NCBI GenBank assembly: GCA_002737365.1
Contig: NSIL01000015.1
Span: 2,199-66,198 of the forward strand
Source of the DNA: Acidobacterium sp.
GTDB taxonomy: Bacteria > Acidobacteriota > Vicinamibacteria > Vicinamibacterales > UBA2999
Length of the DNA stretch: 64,000 bases
Direction: 5' to 3'
A program made the position numbers and the translations under genes. This document shows positions 59,006 to 64,000 of this stretch, one piece after another (position 1 is the stretch's first letter; each line of letters starts with the position of its first letter). Under the pieces are notes generated by a model, which saw only the letters and a program-made list of their open reading frames with translations, searched no databases and was not told where the DNA came from.

Positions 59006-62000
59006 ATGAGACATTTGCCTAGACTTGCCTTCTCCCTCTTCTCCCTCTTCGCTGTTTTCGCTCTGGCCACGGTCGTGAGCGGCCAGGGCGTCACCACCGG
59101 TCAGCTCAGCGGAAGAGTCCTTGACTCGCAGCAACAGGCGGTCGCGGGCGCCAGCGTGATCGCGATTCACCTGCCCTCAGGAACCGCTTACGAAGGCACG
59201 ACCCGCGCCGATGGCAAGTTCTCCATCCCTGGCATGCGCGTGGGCGGTCCCTACTCGGTGACGGTCGCCCCCTCGGGTACCGGTGCCGCCGCATTCCAGC
59301 CGGAAACGCAGGACGACATCACGGTGAACCTGGGCGGTGCGACCGACCTCGAGTTCACGATGCGGAACATTGCGATCAGCGAAACGGTGACCGTCACCGC
59401 AAAGTCCGACACGGTATTCAATTCCGACCGGACCGGCGCGGCCACCGCGGTGAGCCGCGAGACCATCGCCGCCCTGCCAACAATCAATAACCGCATCGAC
59501 TCGATCGTCCGCCTGGCGCCCGAAGCGCGCGGCATGTCGGTGGGCGGCCAGGACAGTCGCATGAACAACATCACGGTTGACGGCTCCTATTTCAACAACT
59601 CGTTCGGCCTCGGCAACACGCCGGGCGACCGCACGAGCGTAGCGCCGATCTCGCTCGAGGCGATCGAACAGGTGCAGGTCAGCATTGCCCCCTTCGATGT
59701 GCGCCAGGGCAACTTCATCGGCGCCGGCGTCAACTCGGTGACGCGCAGCGGGGCGAACTCGATCTCGGCCAGCGGTTTCTACCAGTTCCGCGACAACAGC
59801 CTGGTCGGCACCGAAGCGAAGGCGGCGACGGTCAACCCCGGCACGTTCGACTTCAAGAACGGCGGCGGCTGGGTGTCAGGGCCGGTGCTGAAGAACCGCT
59901 TGTTCTTCTTCGGCAACATGGAAGGCGAGAAGTTCGTGCAGCCCGGCACCACCTTCCGTGCCAACCGCGGCGGTGAAGCCGCGGGCGGCAGCGTCACGCG
60001 CGTGCTGGCGTCGGATCTTGATTCCCTGGCGGCCTTCTTGAAGTCCTCGTTCAACTACGACCCGGGCACCTACCAGGATTACGAGTTCGGCACGCCCGGC
60101 CAGCGCATTCTCGCCAAGTTCGACCTGAACCTGAACAGCCGCAATAAGCTCAGCGTCCGCTACAACCAGCTGGAGTCGAACACCGACGTACTCATGTCGG
60201 GTTCGTCGTCACTCGGCTTCGGCAATCGCCGGTCGAACACGACCGGCCTCAACTTCTCGGCCTCCAACTACAAAATTCTCGAGAACACCAAGTGGGGCGT
60301 TGCCGAACTGAACACCATCGTCGGCACCAAGATGTCGAACTCGCTGATCGTCGGCTACAGCTCGGCGGACGAGAGCCGTGGCGACATCGGCAAACTGTTT
60401 CCGATGGTCGATATCCTGCAGGCCGGGTCGGTCTACACCTCGTTCGGGTCAGAGCCGTTCACGCCGAACAACGAGTTGCGCTATAAGACCTTCCAGTTGC
60501 AGGACAGCTTCACGCGTTTCGGCGAGAAGCACTCGATCACGGGCGGCTTCAGCTTCGAGAAGTACGACTCGGAGAACGTGTTCTTCCCGGGCAAGCAGAG
60601 CGCCTATGTTTACAGCTCGCTGGCCGACTTCTACACCGATGCCCGCGACGCGCTGGCGAACCCGAACCGCACCACCTCGCCAGTGACGTTGCAAATTTTC
60701 CAGGTCCGCTACAACAACATCCCCGGGGCCGAGAAGCCCGTCCAACCGCTTGAGGTGCTCTACTCTGGCGCCTACATCCAGGACGACTGGGCGGTGCGTG
60801 ACAACCTCAAGGTGATCGCCGGCGTCCGCGGCGACGTCGCCAACTTCGGCGACACCGGCTACGCCAACGCGCTGGCCGATGCCATGAACTTCCGCGACGA
60901 GACCGGCGCCACCGTGAAGTACTCGACCCAGCAACTGCCCGAGGCGAAAATCCTGTGGTCGCCGCGCGTCGGCTTCAACTGGGATATCACCGGCAGCCGC
61001 CGGACGCAGCTACGCGGCGGCACGGGCGTGTTCACCGGCAAGCCGGCGTTCGTCTGGATCTCCAACCAGATTGGCAACACCGGCGTGCTCACAGGCTTCG
61101 AAGACCTGCGCAATACCGCTGCGCGGCCGTTCAGCCCCGACCCGGACCGATACAAGCCCGCCAACGTGACGGGCGCCCCAGCCGCCGCCTACGAGCTGGC
61201 GCTGACCAATCCCGACTTCAAGTTCCCGCAGCTGTGGCGCACCAATGTCGGTCTGGACCAGCGCCTGCCCTGGAACACGTCGGGCACGGTGGAGGTCCTG
61301 TACAACCGCGATGTGAACGGGATGTATTACATCAACGCCAACCTGCCGGCGCCGCAGACGTCATTCACCGGGGCCGACACCCGCGCACGCTACACCGGCA
61401 ACCGCATCAATTTGAACGTCTCCAACGCCACGGTGTTGAAGAATCAGAGTGTTGGCCGGTCATGGAGCATTTCGAGCTCGCTGAAGAAGACCTTCGGCAG
61501 CAGCTTCCTCCAGGCCGCCTACAACTATGGCGAATCGAGGAACACAGTTGACCCGGGCTCCATTGCCTCCGGTTCTTTCACCAACAATGCGATCAGTGGC
61601 GACCCGAACAACCCGGCGCTGGCCTACTCTAATTCGTCACCTGGTCACCGCTTCTTCGTGTCGGCGAACTACCGCAAGGAATACTTCGGGTTCGGCGCCA
61701 CGTCGTTCGCACTGTTCTGGGAGACGCGCACCATCAACAACGCCAGCTACATCTTCTCGGGCGACATGAACGGCGACGGCGCCGCGTTCAATGACCTCAT
61801 CTACATCCCACGCACCACCAGCGAGATGAACTTCCAGGACATCACCGGCGCGGTGCCGTTCACGGCCGCGCAGCAGGCGGCGGCGTGGGAGGCTTACATC
61901 CAGCAGGATCCCTACCTGAGCAAACGCCGCGGTGAATACGCGGAACGCGGCGGTGTCTTCCTGCCCATGGTCACGCGCATGGACCTGAACATCTCACAGG

Positions 62001-62290
62001 ACGTGTTCAAGAACATTGGTGGCAAGCGCCAGCGCTTCCAGTTCCGCGCCGACGTCATCAACTTCGGCAACCTGCTGAACAAGAACTGGGGCGTGTCGCA
62101 GCGCCTCGTGAACAACACGCCGCTGATCGTGCCGACCGCCGCCCAGGGCGGCGCGGTCGACTCGCAGGGTCGTTCGCAGTACCGCATGCGCGTGATTAAC
62201 AACCAGCTGATGTCGAAGTCATTCGAACCGACCGCGGACCTGAGCGACGTCTACCGCGTGATGTTCAGCTTCCGCTACTTCTTTAACTAA
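59006..62290 (+). CDS. Oar-like TonB-dependent outer membrane receptor
   Basis: N-terminal carboxypeptidase-regulatory-like domain, NNITVDG, PISLEAIEQ, TRSGAN, SPRVGFNWD, C-terminal aromatic residues. Confidence 0.92.
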   Translation: MRHLPRLAFSLFSLFAVFALATVVSGQGVTTGQLSGRVLDSQQQAVAGASVIAIHLPSGTAYEGTTRADGKFSIPGMRVGGPYSVTVAPSGTGAAAFQPETQDDITVNLGGATDLEFTMRNIAISETVTVTAKSDTVFNSDRTGAATAVSRETIAALPTINNRIDSIVRLAPEARGMSVGGQDSRMNNITVDGSYFNNSFGLGNTPGDRTSVAPISLEAIEQVQVSIAPFDVRQGNFIGAGVNSVTRSGANSISASGFYQFRDNSLVGTEAKAATVNPGTFDFKNGGGWVSGPVLKNRLFFFGNMEGEKFVQPGTTFRANRGGEAAGGSVTRVLASDLDSLAAFLKSSFNYDPGTYQDYEFGTPGQRILAKFDLNLNSRNKLSVRYNQLESNTDVLMSGSSSLGFGNRRSNTTGLNFSASNYKILENTKWGVAELNTIVGTKMSNSLIVGYSSADESRGDIGKLFPMVDILQAGSVYTSFGSEPFTPNNELRYKTFQLQDSFTRFGEKHSITGGFSFEKYDSENVFFPGKQSAYVYSSLADFYTDARDALANPNRTTSPVTLQIFQVRYNNIPGAEKPVQPLEVLYSGAYIQDDWAVRDNLKVIAGVRGDVANFGDTGYANALADAMNFRDETGATVKYSTQQLPEAKILWSPRVGFNWDITGSRRTQLRGGTGVFTGKPAFVWISNQIGNTGVLTGFEDLRNTAARPFSPDPDRYKPANVTGAPAAAYELALTNPDFKFPQLWRTNVGLDQRLPWNTSGTVEVLYNRDVNGMYYINANLPAPQTSFTGADTRARYTGNRINLNVSNATVLKNQSVGRSWSISSSLKKTFGSSFLQAAYNYGESRNTVDPGSIASGSFTNNAISGDPNNPALAYSNSSPGHRFFVSANYRKEYFGFGATSFALFWETRTINNASYIFSGDMNGDGAAFNDLIYIPRTTSEMNFQDITGAVPFTAAQQAAAWEAYIQQDPYLSKRRGEYAERGGVFLPMVTRMDLNISQDVFKNIGGKRQRFQFRADVINFGNLLNKNWGVSQRLVNNTPLIVPTAAQGGAVDSQGRSQYRMRVINNQLMSKSFEPTADLSDVYRVMFSFRYFFN

Positions 62291-62349
62291 AGGCGGCTTG
62301 GGACCTGGGGCTTGGGGCTTGAGAACAGACGCAAGCCGGCAACGGAAGG

Positions 62350-62382
62350 GGCGGGTCTTCGGACCCGCCTCTTTTCTTTTTG
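62350..62382 (+). terminator. rho-independent terminator
   Basis: GGCGGGTC-TTCG-GACCCGCC followed by TCTTTTCTTTTT. Confidence 0.8.
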
Positions 62383-62422
62383 AGGGCCAAACGCGCTAAT
62401 CTGCGGCTCAGGAGATCGCCGC

Positions 62423-64000
62423 ATGAATCGCCGGGCCGTCCTCGTCCTGCTTGCCGCCCTTACCCTCGCCAGCCTGAACGTTCGCGCCCAGCAAGGCGAG
62501 CTCGGCAAAATCGACTTCCCGACCTCGGGTTCGGTGGCGGCTCAGCCGGCGTTCCTCAAGGGCGTGCTGCTGCTGCACAGCTTCGAGTACGACGATGCGA
62601 AGGCAGCGTTCCAGGAGGCGCAGAAGGCCGACCCGGGCTTTGCCATGGCGTACTGGGGCGAGGCCATGACCTACAACCACACCGTGTGGCAGCAGACCGC
62701 GCCCGACCGCGCCAGGGCGGCGCTGGCGCGTCTCGCGCCGACCGCCGAAGGCCGCCTGGCAAAAGCCCCCACGGCGAGGGAAAAGGATTGGCTCGCTTCG
62801 CTCGACAGCCTGTACGGCTCCGGCGAGAAACTCACGCGCGACCGCGCCTACGCGGACCACATGCGACGCATGCACGACAGATACCCGGCCGACGATGAGA
62901 TCACGGCGTTCTACGCCCTGGCGCTGCTCGGCACCAGCCATGGCGGCCGCGAGTTCTCGATCTACATGAAGGCCGCCGCACTGGTCGAACTGGTCTATGC
63001 GAAGAACCCGCAGCATCCCGGCGCCGCGCATTACCTGATTCATTCGTACGACGACCCGGTGCACGCACCGCTCGGCCGGCGCTTCGCCGACGCGTATTCC
63101 AGGATTGCCCCGTCTGCGTCGCACGCGCTGCACATGCCTTCGCACATCTACTTCGCGCTCGGCTTGTGGGACGAGGCGTCAGCCATCAACGAACGCTCGA
63201 TGAAGGCCGCCGACGCGCGCCGGGCCGAGAAGCAGCTCGCTGTCGAGGCGCGCGGCTTTCACGCCATGCTGTGGCTGGTTTACAGCTACGCGCAGCAGGG
63301 CCGATTCGAGGAGTCGCGGGCCCTGCTCACGCAGATGGAAGTCGATGCCAAGGCCAGTGGCTCGGTGCGCACGCGCAGCCACCTGGCCCTCGCTCGCGCG
63401 GCCTGGCTGATTGAGTCGCGCAAGTGGGTCGAGGCCAAGCCGCCGGTCTTTGCGAAGGGCCTCAGCGCCGACTTGTCCGCCGTAGCGGGAGTGGAGGCGG
63501 AGGCCGCCGTGGCAGACTTGTTTGCCATCGGCATGGCCGCGATCCGAACCGGCAACCGCATGGCCGGGGGTATCGCGCTGCAGCAGATGGCAGAGCTCAT
63601 GGCCGAGCTCCCTGCCGCGGCGGCAATACCTGCCGTCGCGGGCAAGCCGGTGAAGTCCGGGTCCACCAGGGCCGGTATTTCACCCGTCGTCGAGTCCCAC
63701 GCGGCCCATACGGGCCTGCCACAGACCGGCCTGGGCTCTGGTGGTGGGGGACGCGACAAGCGAGCCGCCCAGACCATGGCGCAGCAATTGGAGGCGATCC
63801 TGCTGTTCTCAGAGGGCCGCCGCGAGGAGGCGCTTGTGCTGGCGCGCCAAGCCGCCGTGGTGGAAGACAGCCTGTCCTTCGAGTTCGGCCCGCCAGTGCC
63901 CGTTAAGCCGGCCCACGAGCTGGTCGGCGAGATGCTGTTGGACCTGCGCCGGCCCAGGGAAGCCATCCCGGCGTTCGAGATGTCGCTGAAACGCAATCCC
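62423..64000 (+). CDS. secreted TPR-repeat protein (runs off window end)
   Basis: Not in the ORF track. ATG 62423 with RBS AGGAG gives MNRRAVLVLLAAL...GKIDFPTSG...GVLLLHSFEY...DPGFAMAYWG...HPGAAHYLIH...HALHMPSHI. Confidence 0.85.
   Translation, partial: MNRRAVLVLLAALTLASLNVRAQQGELGKIDFPTSGSVAAQPAFLKGVLLLHSFEYDDAKAAFQEAQKADPGFAMAYWGEAMTYNHTVWQQTAPDRARAALARLAPTAEGRLAKAPTAREKDWLASLDSLYGSGEKLTRDRAYADHMRRMHDRYPADDEITAFYALALLGTSHGGREFSIYMKAAALVELVYAKNPQHPGAAHYLIHSYDDPVHAPLGRRFADAYSRIAPSASHALHMPSHIYFALGLWDEASAINERSMKAADARRAEKQLAVEARGFHAMLWLVYSYAQQGRFEESRALLTQMEVDAKASGSVRTRSHLALARAAWLIESRKWVEAKPPVFAKGLSADLSAVAGVEAEAAVADLFAIGMAAIRTGNRMAGGIALQQMAELMAELPAAAAIPAVAGKPVKSGSTRAGISPVVESHAAHTGLPQTGLGSGGGGRDKRAAQTMAQQLEAILLFSEGRREEALVLARQAAVVEDSLSFEFGPPVPVKPAHELVGEMLLDLRRPREAIPAFEMSLKRNP

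Overview
A high-GC bacterial chromosomal window. It is most consistent with an Acidobacteriota (Vicinamibacterales-like) genome, inferred from the ADOP-type permease remnant, Oar-like TonB receptors, futalosine genes and many secreted hydrolases. Core genes include addA (partial)/addB, a stand-alone 5'-3' exonuclease, mqnB-mqnD, class I fumarase, erpA/iscA, bioY, thiD, moaE-moaD, prfA-prmC-HIT, an M16 peptidase pair, ileS-lspA-lgt-rluD, lon, a dksA-like gene, rpmB-ridA, rel/spoT, tRNA-Ala(GGC) and tRNA-Sec. I saw no CRISPR array, prophage or intact transposase. The most interesting signals are: (1) a Fur-family regulator fused to a complete rubrerythrin-type diiron domain, inside an Fe-S-related operon that also holds a catalytically dead ABC-ATPase; (2) an AbiEii-type toxin paired with an atypical partner that resembles a transposase DNA-binding domain; (3) about ten accessory genes 'telescoped' by multiple internal deletions, some joined in frame; (4) REP-like palindromes and heptamer repeats at tRNA flanks, at gene ends and inside coding frames; (5) four DnaA-box-like sites phased at 11 bp upstream of the addBA operon; (6) a sigma54/IHF-like promoter on the dksA-like gene; (7) a secreted matrixin with a tandem C-terminal repeat and a coupled partner gene. 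All family assignments come from motif recognition by eye, not database searches.
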